Below are positions 1 through 10,079 of a stretch of DNA of 64,000 nucleotides, piece after piece. Each line of letters begins with the position of its first letter. Within the stretch, counting starts at the first letter, position 1. The stretch lies in IMG/VR virus record IMGVR_UViG_3300029258_002856. One strand, written 5' to 3'. The notes under the pieces were generated by a model. The model ran no database searches. It saw only the letters and a list, made by a program, of their open reading frames with translations, and was not told where the DNA came from. The DNA is from a virus. Both the position numbers and the translations under genes were made by a program.

Positions 1-694
1 TGTCGTCAATCATCTCCGCCTTGTTCTCGAAGAACTCCAGGATGTCGGGGTGGCACGGCTTCCGACCGCCCAGCGCATTGATGTCGACCTCCGTCGAGTG
101 GAAGAGGTCGGTGGCTGCGTGGTCCAGAAAGGACCGGGTGGTCGGTACGGCGAAGATGAACTTCAGCCGTCGCCGCAGCGCCGCGTTGTTCTCGATCTGC
201 GTGACCGTGTACTGTGCGGTGTTGGGGTTCATCATGGCCACCACCAGGGCGCTCTCCGGCAGGAAGTAGTTGAACATCTGCCGGTCCTCAATCATGCTGA
301 AGAACATCGAGATGGCGTGCTGCTGGCCCTGGTTGATTTCGTCGAACATGACGATGGCCTTCTCCCCCTCGGCGGGGAAGACCTCAGGCAGCTTGATTTT
401 GAAGAAGTCGACTCCCTTGGCGTCCTTGACGCTGGGGATGCCCGTCCCCATCAGACCGAAGTGCGCGGTCCGGATGTCACACACCCGGGCCTCTTCTTCC
501 TCAGCCAGTTGGTGCACGATCTGGGACTTGCCCATCCCGGCCTCTCCCACGATACACCAGACACCGCGAAAGGCCTTGTGCCGCATCGAGAAGCGGAGTT
601 GTTCCTTGATGTCGGCGATGCTCCCCGAGGGGATATCGTACAACTCGGTGTACGACATCTGTGCCTTTTCTTTTTCGTTGGTTCCAGTTGACAT
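1..694 (-). CDS. MoxR-like AAA+ ATPase (runs off the left edge; absent from the ORF track)
   Basis: Manual translation from ATG at 694, with AGGAGG upstream: MSTGTNEKEK...IVGEAGMGKS (Walker A)...IVMFDEINQ (Walker B)...AMMNP...NAALRRR (Arg finger). No stop before position 1. Confidence 0.8.
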   Translation of the reverse strand, partial: MSTGTNEKEKAQMSYTELYDIPSGSIADIKEQLRFSMRHKAFRGVWCIVGEAGMGKSQIVHQLAEEEEARVCDIRTAHFGLMGTGIPSVKDAKGVDFFKIKLPEVFPAEGEKAIVMFDEINQGQQHAISMFFSMIEDRQMFNYFLPESALVVAMMNPNTAQYTVTQIENNAALRRRLKFIFAVPTTRSFLDHAATDLFHSTEVDINALGGRKPCHPDILEFFENKAEMIDD

Positions 695-727
695 GTTTTC
701 CTCCTGCCTTTTAACTTAGGGGTTACG

Positions 728-2338
728 ATGCCGCGACTAAGCGCATGTTTGAGCGACGTTGCTGAGGCGTGGATACACCTCAACGGCCAACCCTTTCGTC
801 TTGACGACTGGCCGATGCACAAAGCGTTCTACGACGGACGCTATCCCCGTACCCTGATGAAGACGAGCCGCCAGGTCGGGAAGTCCACGACCCTGGCAAA
901 CTTCAGCATTACTGAGTGCAGTCTTATACCGCATTTTTCAACAATGTTCGTCACGCCTACACGGGAGCAAACAGTTCGTTTTTCCAACTCTAGAGTGCAG
1001 AAGACGATGCGGTATTCGCCGCGCATCAACAAATTCCTGCACCCTGACCTAGCTGACCGCGTATTTCACAAGCAGTTCACCAACGGTTCGGAGATGCTCT
1101 TCACCTACGCGTTGGACGACCCGGACCGGCTGCGTGGGCCTTCGACTGACCGCAATTTATATGATGAGGTTCAGGACCTTCTTTACGACCCGGTAGTGCT
1201 CGTCGGGAATGAAACACTGTCCGAGTCAGATTATCAATACGAAACTTACGCCGGGACTCCCAAGACGATGGAGAACACCATCCAGTACCTCTGGGAGTTG
1301 TCCACTCAGACAGAGTGGGTGATGAAGTGTGATTCCTGCGGTTCGTACCAGTATATCGATACGGAGAAGGCTCTCGGAAAGACTGGTCCTATCTGCCTCA
1401 AATGCAGCGCGTATCTCAATCCGCGCAACGGGCAGTGGATTGACATGAATCCCCCGGACGATGACGTACCGGACGAAGACGTGCTGCTCAAGGGCTTTCA
1501 CATCAGTCAGCTCATCATGCCGTCCAACGTGCCGCTCTCCATGAAGCATGACGCCAAATTGGAAGAGCGCGCCCTCAAACGTTGGAATCGTATTCTCCGC
1601 AAATACGAAGAGACTCCCAATCCCGCTACCTTCCGAAACGAGGTCCTGGGTGTCTCGGACGCCATTGGTACCCGGCTCATCAGCCTGGAGGAACTGCAAG
1701 CGTTATGCACCGGCAAAGAGCTTGTGCAATTTCCCAAAGACTCGGACTTCCTCGGCTACTCGATGCATGTCGCAGGCGTTGACTGGTCAGGGGGAGGGAC
1801 TACTGGCATCTCGCGCTCCGTCCTCTGGATTTGGGGCTTTCGGCCCGCAGACCAGAAGATGGTGTGCCGCTACTACAAGGTCTATCCTGGGACCAACCCC
1901 GTGCATGCCGTGGAAGAGATAGCGACCATCTGTAGCGGCTACCAAGTAGCTATGGTTGCTGGGGATGCGGGCGAGGGCGCACTCGCAAACGATTTACTCC
2001 GTAAAAGCCTCGGCCATCATCGAGTGACCCAGGTGCAATACGGGTCCCAATCTCGGGCGATGAAGTGGAACGGTCAGGACCGCTACAACGCTGACCGTAC
2101 CACGCTCATCGACAACTACTTCATGTTACTAAAAAAAGGAGCGGCCGAGTTAGGACCGCTCCATCAGATGCAAACCGCGATAGATGACATCCTCAATGAA
2201 TACGAGGAGGTCACCCACACGGGGAAGAAAGTATGGCGGCATTCGCCACAGAAACCTGACGACTGTTTGCACGCCGGTCTCTTCGGTTGGGTCGCGCTGA
2301 AGATTAAACAAAACGACATGAAGTTCTATCAGGAGTAG
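728..2338 (+). CDS. terL: Terminase large subunit (GpA-like)
   Basis: KTSRQVGKST Walker A, LYDEVQD Walker B, GTPK coupling motif, RNase H-like GVDW and DDCLHA motifs, internal CDSC/CLKC zinc ribbon. Confidence 0.85.
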   Translation: MPRLSACLSDVAEAWIHLNGQPFRLDDWPMHKAFYDGRYPRTLMKTSRQVGKSTTLANFSITECSLIPHFSTMFVTPTREQTVRFSNSRVQKTMRYSPRINKFLHPDLADRVFHKQFTNGSEMLFTYALDDPDRLRGPSTDRNLYDEVQDLLYDPVVLVGNETLSESDYQYETYAGTPKTMENTIQYLWELSTQTEWVMKCDSCGSYQYIDTEKALGKTGPICLKCSAYLNPRNGQWIDMNPPDDDVPDEDVLLKGFHISQLIMPSNVPLSMKHDAKLEERALKRWNRILRKYEETPNPATFRNEVLGVSDAIGTRLISLEELQALCTGKELVQFPKDSDFLGYSMHVAGVDWSGGGTTGISRSVLWIWGFRPADQKMVCRYYKVYPGTNPVHAVEEIATICSGYQVAMVAGDAGEGALANDLLRKSLGHHRVTQVQYGSQSRAMKWNGQDRYNADRTTLIDNYFMLLKKGAAELGPLHQMQTAIDDILNEYEEVTHTGKKVWRHSPQKPDDCLHAGLFGWVALKIKQNDMKFYQE

Positions 2339-2344
2339 TCTTCC

Positions 2345-2850
2345 TTGAGCGGTCTCTTTTGCGGACACCGCGCGAAGGAGCTGTTCACCGCTCCGGAGCT
2401 GTCCGCAAAACAACGCAGACAGTGAACGGAGGCATGTCCAGCGTCGAAGAGCTGCTCCGACAGCTCTGGTTCCTGGACATGGTGACGTGAGCCCATTCAG
2501 GGCTTTTCATGTGCGTTACGCGCATGGTTTTCCGGAATCGCCGGATCGAAGACTACAACTTCGTGGTCGCGTTGCTTGGTGGACTTCCTTCCTCAGACCT
2601 GGAGGAGGAAGAGAAGTCGCTACCGCAGGCGGCGAGTACTGCTCAGCAAGCCGAGGAGTACCGCTCAGGAACGTAGTCAGGATGTTGCATCCTTTTGTCA
2701 GCAAATGACTCCAACGCTGGTAGTTCGATTCGACAATGTGAGTGGAAATGACCTTCCACTCAGATTGGAAAATCGAATGGCGAAGCTGCCCCCGAGTTGG
2801 TTCTGTCAGATTACGGTTACCAGCTTAATCAAAGAACCACTCGGGTTAGG
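2345..2850 (-). ncRNA. Putative ~500-nt structured non-coding RNA (unclassified)
   Basis: Intergenic region between convergent terL and DNA polymerase with at least 8 perfect or near-perfect stems, e.g. 2357-2367/2400-2410, 2433-2441/2473-2481, 2739-2747/2754-2762, 2791-2804/2833-2845. G-U wobbles favour the minus strand. Confidence 0.55.
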
Positions 2851-2858
2851 ACCTGTTC

Positions 2859-5800
2859 TTATACCGTCACGAGCTGCTGGAATTCGGAGCGGATATCCTG
2901 CTCGATGTGTTCGTCTTCGTCACCCAGACGGTACTCTGGGTTCTCGGAAAGGTAGGACTCGACAGACGCTAGCTCCCCGTAGCTCGGGCCGACTTCCACG
3001 TCCCATTTGAAGGGGACCGGCATCCAGGGGTACTGCTCTCCCACACGCTTTACGCCGTATTCCTCGATGAAGTCCGGAACCTGTGAGATGTACTGCTTGG
3101 GGATTTCGAAGACCACAGAGTCGTGAACGGTGATGAGCATGCGTCCGTGGAAGTCTTGTTCCAGCGGGTCCATCAATTCGCAGAGTACCCCAAGAACCAC
3201 ATCAGATGACGTGCTCTGAATCTTGAAGTTGACGGCCTGGCGTTCGGCCTTGTTACGGAGGTGGAAGATGAGCCCCTTCAGGTTGAAGCGGCGGCGGCGA
3301 CCCAGAAAAGTCTCTACCGTCTCGAGGTGGCGTACCTGGTCCTTGGTGAGCCGGATGTAGTGCTTGATAGTAGGGAACATCTTGAAGAGGGTGTCGATGA
3401 TGACGTCTGCTTGCTCCTGGGGGATGCCCACGATGTAAGACACCTTTCGGGGACTCGCCCCGTAGAGGATGCCGAACACCACACGCTTGATGGTCTTGCG
3501 CAGTTTGCCCAGGCGCTTTCCGTACTCCGGGTCGGGTCCTGGGTTTTCCGGGGTGCCCTTGTAGTAGTCGCGTTTCTGGAAGTCCTCGTAGGACCATGCG
3601 TGCTCGTCGTCGATGCCGACAGTTTCCATCACAGCTTTCCGCATTATGGGTTCCACATCCTGCAACACCGTCGCAGGGTTGTAGACCATCGAAGCGAAGA
3701 AGCTGTGGGGGTCCATTCCGTCGTTCAGCGCCTTGATGAGATTGGGGTCCCGACTGTAGGCAGCGTAGATTCTAACCTCAGCGGCCTTGGCGTCCGCGTT
3801 GACGATGACCTCGGTTTCCGGGTCCGTAGGAATGAACATTTTCTTGAGGTTGTGCTTGCCGATGCGCACTGGGACATTCTGCATGTTCTCGTCGGAGCTG
3901 CTGAGACGGCCAGTCGAGGTCCCGGCAATGTGGAATGAGGTGTGCATCCGTCCGTCTTCCATGCTCAGAGTCTGGACGTTGGCGACGAACGTGTTTCGGG
4001 CTTTGCTAGTCGCTCGGAATTTGAGAACAGCTTTGGCAAAGGGGCATTCGAATTGCGTGACGAGGCTCCGCAAGAACGCTTGGTTCGTGGACTCAAGGCC
4101 GGTGCTGGTGTAGATAGGTTCCACCCTACCGCGGTAACAAATTGCTTCTTGGGTTTCCGGGTGCAGGTAGCCAGACGCGAACAGTATCTTGCGGAGGTGG
4201 GCGGTGCTCCCCGGATTAAAGGGGTCCTTGAGCACCTTCGGTGGAATCATCTCATTGAGAATCTGCCTGGACTGCCGCAAAGACTGGTCCATGTCGATGA
4301 TGAGCTCGTCAATATAGTCGTGGTCTGCGCGGATGCCCGTGGCTTCCATCCTGGCCAAGGCACGCGTCGCTGGAATCCCGCGCTTAATCATCAGCTGTCG
4401 AAGTGGATTCGGGTCTTTCACACCTGGACGAGCGATGGCACGCATGTACTTGTTCTTGGTCTTCCACAGTTCGTTACGCTTCTTGTAGAGGCGCTTGTTT
4501 TCCTCCGCCATGCGTCGCATCTGGATGATGGCAATCTGCCGGGTTACGTCGCCGTCGATAGCACCGTACTCGTTCAGCTGTTTGAGCGGTACGTATAGAA
4601 AACCATCGTCCTCTGCCAACTTCTTGGCGGCACCCCGCAGTTTGGATTTGGGAATGGTAGGTTTGACACCATCCGCTTCGTTTTTGAGCTGTTGCACCTG
4701 GGTCGGGGCTTCGAGCATGTTCAGAATGTCGTGGAGTTGGTCCTCGTATCCAGCGTACTTCGGGAGCATCAGCTTGGTGACATCCTTGAGGCTGTAGTAG
4801 CCCTTCTTATCTTCTTCAAGGAGGTGCTCACCTATCATCGTGTCCCAAGAAATGCGACGAATGTAGAAACCTTTACGCTCGAAGACTTTCAGGTCGTACT
4901 TGATGTTGTGGCCTACTTTGGGCTTGGAGCATGTTACCAGCTCGGCAATATACGGGCGCACGGCTTCCGGCTTCCAAGGAGTTTCCGGATGTTCATAGGG
5001 AATGGAGCACGCCTGCCCTTCTTCCCAGGAAGCCACGACGCTCAAGAGCTTGAGCTTTTGTCTATGGGGGTGCAGAGTGTTCGTTTCAGTGTCCAGAGAC
5101 AGCAGCACATGTCGAGGGTCTTTGCCTGGAGGTGCGTAGTTGATGATGAACTCGACGAGTTCCCGCACTTCTTTGGGCGATGAGGGAAAGATGTAGCTCT
5201 CAACTATCTGCTCCATGGGGACCACGGTCTGGACTATCTCTCCTTTCGAGAGTGCGTACGTTCCGTGGATGAAGTTTTCGACGTGGCGCTCCAGTACATT
5301 GACGTACCCGGACTTGGCCGCGAGCTGACGTTTCGATAATGACGGATAGATAAAAACGCGACGTCCTTGAACTTGCACCTCCAAGAATTTACCCTGCACT
5401 TCTTTGTACTTTCCGTACTTGACTCCGAGGGAGCGTAGGACAGCGGGGCCGAGGGCCAATACGGCGATGGGCCGGTGCTGGGGAGCGTGCTTCAGTAGTT
5501 CTCGGTGGAAGAGCGGTGAGCAGCAATCGCCCATTCGCTTGTTGGGTTTATCGATAGCGCAGCGGATGGCATAGGTATAACGCCCTTCTAGCCCCGCAAA
5601 CATCCGGTTGTGCTCTTTAAAGCGCGATACGGTTTGCCGGATGATGCGTTCGGTATCGAGAGACCATCCCTGGTGGTTATCCAGGTCTCCGGATGGCCCC
5701 ATGACGTGGGGAGACTCCGCGATGATGTAGTAGTCGGCGGGTGTATGGTCCGCACCGATGCCTTCGGTGTAATGTTTCTTGCGGTAAAGGGGGCACTCAG

Positions 5801-5924
5801 AACAGAGTGGGCCTTTCCAGGCCCTGGCACCGCAAAGATTGCAGTCTATGTAGTCGCTACCAGTCGACGTTGCTTCCGAAGTCTTCGTCGATGTCTGGTT
5901 CGTCGAGTGAGGGTTCTTCGGCAT
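2859..5924 (-). CDS. Family A DNA polymerase with N-terminal uracil-DNA-glycosylase-like domain and 3'-5' exonuclease
   Basis: Cys-rich UDG family-4-like N-terminus (IIAESP, AIRC, LALG). Exo motifs LDTET, GHNIKYD, YGAIDGD. Pol motifs A (DAKAAEVR), B (RKTIKRVVFGILYG) and C (TVHDSV). Confidence 0.92.
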   Translation of the reverse strand: MPKNPHSTNQTSTKTSEATSTGSDYIDCNLCGARAWKGPLCSECPLYRKKHYTEGIGADHTPADYYIIAESPHVMGPSGDLDNHQGWSLDTERIIRQTVSRFKEHNRMFAGLEGRYTYAIRCAIDKPNKRMGDCCSPLFHRELLKHAPQHRPIAVLALGPAVLRSLGVKYGKYKEVQGKFLEVQVQGRRVFIYPSLSKRQLAAKSGYVNVLERHVENFIHGTYALSKGEIVQTVVPMEQIVESYIFPSSPKEVRELVEFIINYAPPGKDPRHVLLSLDTETNTLHPHRQKLKLLSVVASWEEGQACSIPYEHPETPWKPEAVRPYIAELVTCSKPKVGHNIKYDLKVFERKGFYIRRISWDTMIGEHLLEEDKKGYYSLKDVTKLMLPKYAGYEDQLHDILNMLEAPTQVQQLKNEADGVKPTIPKSKLRGAAKKLAEDDGFLYVPLKQLNEYGAIDGDVTRQIAIIQMRRMAEENKRLYKKRNELWKTKNKYMRAIARPGVKDPNPLRQLMIKRGIPATRALARMEATGIRADHDYIDELIIDMDQSLRQSRQILNEMIPPKVLKDPFNPGSTAHLRKILFASGYLHPETQEAICYRGRVEPIYTSTGLESTNQAFLRSLVTQFECPFAKAVLKFRATSKARNTFVANVQTLSMEDGRMHTSFHIAGTSTGRLSSSDENMQNVPVRIGKHNLKKMFIPTDPETEVIVNADAKAAEVRIYAAYSRDPNLIKALNDGMDPHSFFASMVYNPATVLQDVEPIMRKAVMETVGIDDEHAWSYEDFQKRDYYKGTPENPGPDPEYGKRLGKLRKTIKRVVFGILYGASPRKVSYIVGIPQEQADVIIDTLFKMFPTIKHYIRLTKDQVRHLETVETFLGRRRRFNLKGLIFHLRNKAERQAVNFKIQSTSSDVVLGVLCELMDPLEQDFHGRMLITVHDSVVFEIPKQYISQVPDFIEEYGVKRVGEQYPWMPVPFKWDVEVGPSYGELASVESYLSENPEYRLGDEDEHIEQDIRSEFQQLVTV

Positions 5925-8900
5925 CGGGGGTATCCTCCGCTTTTTCTTCGGGTAAGTCTTGCGTGACGCGCAGCCAGCTGTCCGGTACTTTCAATACCAC
6001 GACGTTTTCTAACTTAACGCCCGCGCCCAGATAGGGTCCCACACGTTGGAGAATCCCAGATTCTTTGATTTCCTTCCTAGACAGCGCCATACGATGACGG
6101 CCGAGTGTGTCTTTCAACCGCTGTGAAGTAATGCCTTTATTGAGTAGGTGCGGCGGTAGAAGTCGGGGGATGACTTGTTCCACGAGGAACAACAGCAAGT
6201 TCTGCTGTGAGTCGTAATAAACTCCACACGCTCGGGAGTTAATCTCGGCGCGGCGCTCGCTATTTATCAGCATCTGTGAAACCGAGTAGCTGAGTTTGGT
6301 GTCGGGGTCCCACAAGTTGGAATTCTGGAGGAGAGCGTCGAGATATGTCTCGGACTCGGTAACGGAGCCCGCGACGGTTAGCACGTCTTCATGTTGTGCG
6401 GCGTAATCCCAGAAGAACTGCTTCCAATCTATATCGAGCATCTTGAACAATGCCATTACGGGGTAAAGGTTGGATGCGAATCGCCACTCCACATTGACGG
6501 GAAGTTCAGTGCGGAACTCCACGTACTCTTCCATGATTTCTTCAGAAAGTTTGCGGAGCTTTAGGGCGTGAGGATACATCCCTGTGCATAGGCCCCGACG
6601 CATTTGGTCCAGTTTTTCGCGGCCTAACTCCCGCATGATAGGAACGTCAGCGCGAGTCCGAAACTCGGTCTTATGCATCTCAATTTGTATCAGGCGATTC
6701 AGGTCCTGCGGTTTCTCCGCCGCGGTTATGGCGGCAAACAGAACGGGATGGCGTAGATGGAGTTTGATGGGGACACCGAGAGGCTGACCGACAACGCGCC
6801 GTACTTCACCGGTAATCATGGAGCGGTAGATTTCATATATCTGTTGAACCTGATGCCGGTTTTTACCGTCAAGTTCGAATTCGTCGAGGACCAGGAGACG
6901 AGAGTCGCCACTGGCTGCTTGAATGACGCCCTTGGCAGAGTAGCTCGTCCATCCGTTGGAGTGCTGGAGAAGTTGGATGTGGTCGAGGTTGTTCATGCCT
7001 GCGAACGACGCGAGAAGCGACGACTTACCCGAGTGTGTTTCTCCGGTGACGAAAAGCATCATGGGGTTCGGGAAAACATCCATGATGGGCATGAGCATGA
7101 TTATCGCTGCGAGGAACCGGGCAGTGATGTCGTGGTTTTTGAACCGGAACCCGCACTGGTAATACGTAACTATGTCCTCGTAGAGTTGTTTCAGGTCGAC
7201 ATCTTTACCCTGGTTGAGTGCGTCTAGGGTGAGACCGTGGGGAACCCAGCTTTCTGGCATCCCATGACTCAAGTCTCCGTTGAATACGATGCCTCGGTCG
7301 GAAGGACCCGCCAGCAACTCGTATGTCGGCTCGGGACCATCACGGTCGACGCGGAAAACGTCTCGACCACAGACAATATACTCCTTCGGGTCCGTGGCAT
7401 GTTCTCCCTGCCGCATGCAGTGATAGCCCTGATTCAACTTGGTAGCGAAGCGCGTATCAACTGCTCCTTGGGCGAGACTATTGACGGCTTCCTTCGTGTA
7501 CATCCGCAAGTTCTGATTGAGCTTGCGCATCCCGAGCCCTTCACTCTCGTCCGGTGGCGTGAGGAACGCCGGGAATCCCACGTTCTCTTTGGTAAATTCC
7601 ACGAGGTTGCCCGCGAGAGGTGCCAACTCCGAAGCAATGGACTGCTCGCTATCGAGCTTCACCGTAGTGAAGGTCTTGTTTATCTTGTGGAACAGGAGAA
7701 GATCGCGGCCATTGTCACGGGGGAGGGTCCCCACGACGAAGAAAATGTCCGACAGCGCCTCGCGTACTCGGAGGATGAAACCGAGTTCGTTGTCCTCCCG
7801 AGTTGTAATCTCGAGTTTGAGTATTCGCTCAGGTATTTGGGGGTAAGCTTCGGAGACGGCCTTGACGTAGGCCGCTTCTTCGAGTCTGTGTCGAAGGTAT
7901 CGTCCATGTTCGGATGCTTTCTCTATGAGAGCGCGATGGTCTTCCTGGTTTAGCCCGTCCAACTCATGGCGTGCGCGTTCGAATGCCCAGTTCCAGGGTG
8001 CTGTGAAATTGTCATCGCTCTTCTTCCAGATGGTTTCTTCAACTTTGGCAATCCCTAGCTGTTGGGTGTTAACCGCTTCGTCCAGGTCTCCGGCGGGGAG
8101 TAACTCGTCCCAACCGACGAACACACGGGTAGGCAGTTCTCGAATATTCTCGAGCCAACCCTGAACTACCGTATCTCCGCCCGCCTTCCCTTTCTTTGGG
8201 CTGTCGCCAATGAGGAATATCTTTTCAATCCCGGATTCCTTCAGCACCGGTTCAATATGTGCTGCACCTCCGAGACCTCCAGCGGAGACGATGGGGAAAT
8301 GGATGCTCCCTGACTTCATGAACTGAGCCATGACGGACATCGCGTCCATCTCGCCCTCGGTCACGTACACATAGTTGGAGCCTCCCGGCTTGAAGAAGGA
8401 CTTGTAGGCATCCCATCCAAGACCGTAGAGGCCGAGGTTTTCTTCGAAGTCGTCTTCGGGGATGGCGTAATCCTTGGAGCCGGAGACAGGTACCCGCAGC
8501 TTCAAGCGCCCGATTTCCTTTGGCGTCACATGGAGCGGCCAGATGATTGCACCGTTGAACTTGGTGTTGTTGTACGTAGCTTCGAGATAGACGGTGACGT
8601 CATCGGTCAAGTCTTCGGGTTTATCGCTAGTGGGGTTTGCGCGCCACGCCTTGAATCGGCGTTTGTACTGATTGGAGAGCACTTGCTGGAGATTCAGGAG
8701 CGGAGGCATGATGCCTACCGGTAGAGAACTTAGGACCGACTTGGGAACATGCCGTTGGTTTATCAGCCAATCTACCGCCTGATGCGCGTAGGGGTGCGCG
8801 GAGGAATTTGCCAAGGCGTCTACGAGGATGTCCCTAGCTGCACTGAAAATGGCGTTCTTGACGAGCTGGTTCTTGCGGCGTGCTTCGAGTTCGGCGGCAG

Positions 8901-9318
8901 CCTTCTTCGGCAGAAAGCTGAGGTTGTATTTTTCTTGTAAGAACTGGAGGGTCTCGGCTTCCGAGATACCCTTGGTTATAGCAATAAGTTCGACGGGATT
9001 CGAAGTGAAATAGCCACAACCAAAACACTTGGCAAAGCAGCGGTCATCTTCGTTGGGTCCAGAGTGGAGCCAGAAGGATGGAGTATGATCCGCATGGTCG
9101 GGATGCGGACACCGCCCTAGCAGCGTATTTCTCGCGTGTACTTGAAACGCGTTATTGGGTTTATGCTCTTGAAAGAGCGTCAGCCAGTCACGAACATCAA
9201 TCTGTCGCCAGATTTTTTTAAGCTGTTCCCGGCTGATTCCTTTCTTCTTTTTCCGTTTGGTCGACGACATCGGCATTTGTCCCCGAACTGAAGGCAGGAC
9301 ACTTCGACTTGTAGTCAC
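5857..9318 (-). CDS. DnaG-like primase fused to a P-loop helicase-like domain
   Basis: CHC2 zinc finger (CPHPDH...CFGC), TOPRIM (VTEGEMDAMS, IGD, DLDE), C-terminal GETHSGKSS Walker A and LVLDEFE Walker B. Confidence 0.8.
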   Translation of the reverse strand: MTTSRSVLPSVRGQMPMSSTKRKKKKGISREQLKKIWRQIDVRDWLTLFQEHKPNNAFQVHARNTLLGRCPHPDHADHTPSFWLHSGPNEDDRCFAKCFGCGYFTSNPVELIAITKGISEAETLQFLQEKYNLSFLPKKAAAELEARRKNQLVKNAIFSAARDILVDALANSSAHPYAHQAVDWLINQRHVPKSVLSSLPVGIMPPLLNLQQVLSNQYKRRFKAWRANPTSDKPEDLTDDVTVYLEATYNNTKFNGAIIWPLHVTPKEIGRLKLRVPVSGSKDYAIPEDDFEENLGLYGLGWDAYKSFFKPGGSNYVYVTEGEMDAMSVMAQFMKSGSIHFPIVSAGGLGGAAHIEPVLKESGIEKIFLIGDSPKKGKAGGDTVVQGWLENIRELPTRVFVGWDELLPAGDLDEAVNTQQLGIAKVEETIWKKSDDNFTAPWNWAFERARHELDGLNQEDHRALIEKASEHGRYLRHRLEEAAYVKAVSEAYPQIPERILKLEITTREDNELGFILRVREALSDIFFVVGTLPRDNGRDLLLFHKINKTFTTVKLDSEQSIASELAPLAGNLVEFTKENVGFPAFLTPPDESEGLGMRKLNQNLRMYTKEAVNSLAQGAVDTRFATKLNQGYHCMRQGEHATDPKEYIVCGRDVFRVDRDGPEPTYELLAGPSDRGIVFNGDLSHGMPESWVPHGLTLDALNQGKDVDLKQLYEDIVTYYQCGFRFKNHDITARFLAAIIMLMPIMDVFPNPMMLFVTGETHSGKSSLLASFAGMNNLDHIQLLQHSNGWTSYSAKGVIQAASGDSRLLVLDEFELDGKNRHQVQQIYEIYRSMITGEVRRVVGQPLGVPIKLHLRHPVLFAAITAAEKPQDLNRLIQIEMHKTEFRTRADVPIMRELGREKLDQMRRGLCTGMYPHALKLRKLSEEIMEEYVEFRTELPVNVEWRFASNLYPVMALFKMLDIDWKQFFWDYAAQHEDVLTVAGSVTESETYLDALLQNSNLWDPDTKLSYSVSQMLINSERRAEINSRACGVYYDSQQNLLLFLVEQVIPRLLPPHLLNKGITSQRLKDTLGRHRMALSRKEIKESGILQRVGPYLGAGVKLENVVVLKVPDSWLRVTQDLPEEKAEDTPDAEEPSLDEPDIDEDFGSNVDW

Positions 9319-10063
9319 ACCAGTCGCAGAGCCTGCTAGTTCTGTACACTGAGAAGTCAGTGCAGTCTTGGGTTGCTTCGTTCAAAAACGCAACGAACTT
9401 GTTCATCAAGGCAAGGACATCGGGCACATCAATGAACTTGCCCAGCTCTATCCGGTCAGATTTGAGCCAGTTCACACCGGACATAATCCGAGTGAGTTCT
9501 GGATGGTGCGCCTTCAGTAGAATCTGATAGGCGAGAAATTGTTTCGCGTAATACCTGAGCGTGCGTTCTCGGCCAGTCTTATGGTCGATGACGAGACCAT
9601 AGGGCTTAGAAGCAAACCGCACTGATATGTCTACCACTCCGCGGAGGAAGGCATTCTCGTTATCGAAGAAATTCTTAACGATGTTTCCTTCGAGGTCCAC
9701 CGCGAGTTTTTGTTCGAGCTTTGGTTCGTGGGTTCCATGCTTCTCGCAATAGAAACGGAACTTCCGCAGAAAGTGTTCCATCGCGGGGAGGAAGGCCCAC
9801 ATACGTTCTATCTCAGGAGAAGTTAGTTCGTACTCTTCAATAGCGAAGTCAATCGACTTGGAAACCGAGCGCCCACTCAAGGCGTATTCCAATGCCTTGT
9901 GGGCAGCTTTCCCGACGAGCGCATCCACGTTGGTTTTGCGCTTTTCCTTTACGACGTAAGCAAACCAGAATTTCTTAGGGCATTCTTTAGCGGTATCCGC
10001 CTTGCTCACCGACCAGGGGGCGTGTTCAAGAACGAATTGGGAGGGTTTGATGTCGGCGGTCAT
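9218..10063 (-). CDS. PD-(D/E)XK exonuclease, RecB/AddB/Cas4-like
   Basis: SVSK...CP N-terminal motif, GVVD, VIDHKTG, QFLAY, C-terminal CDWCDYKSKCP (4-Cys staple). Confidence 0.82.
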   Translation of the reverse strand: MTADIKPSQFVLEHAPWSVSKADTAKECPKKFWFAYVVKEKRKTNVDALVGKAAHKALEYALSGRSVSKSIDFAIEEYELTSPEIERMWAFLPAMEHFLRKFRFYCEKHGTHEPKLEQKLAVDLEGNIVKNFFDNENAFLRGVVDISVRFASKPYGLVIDHKTGRERTLRYYAKQFLAYQILLKAHHPELTRIMSGVNWLKSDRIELGKFIDVPDVLALMNKFVAFLNEATQDCTDFSVYRTSRLCDWCDYKSKCPAFSSGTNADVVDQTEKEERNQPGTA

Positions 10064-10079
10064 TGCGATACCTCTTTAG

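Noticed and set aside
2433-2490. Micro-ORF MSSVEELLRQLWFLDMVT on the plus strand
   Set aside because: GGAGG is only 1 nt from the ATG and the sequence is fully explained by a nested hairpin.
2581-2592. GGAAGGAAGTCC resembling the RNase P RNA GAGGAAAGUCC motif (also at 60588)
   Set aside because: No complementary P4 3' strand or downstream ACAGAA...GGCUUA region is found in the right order in either element.
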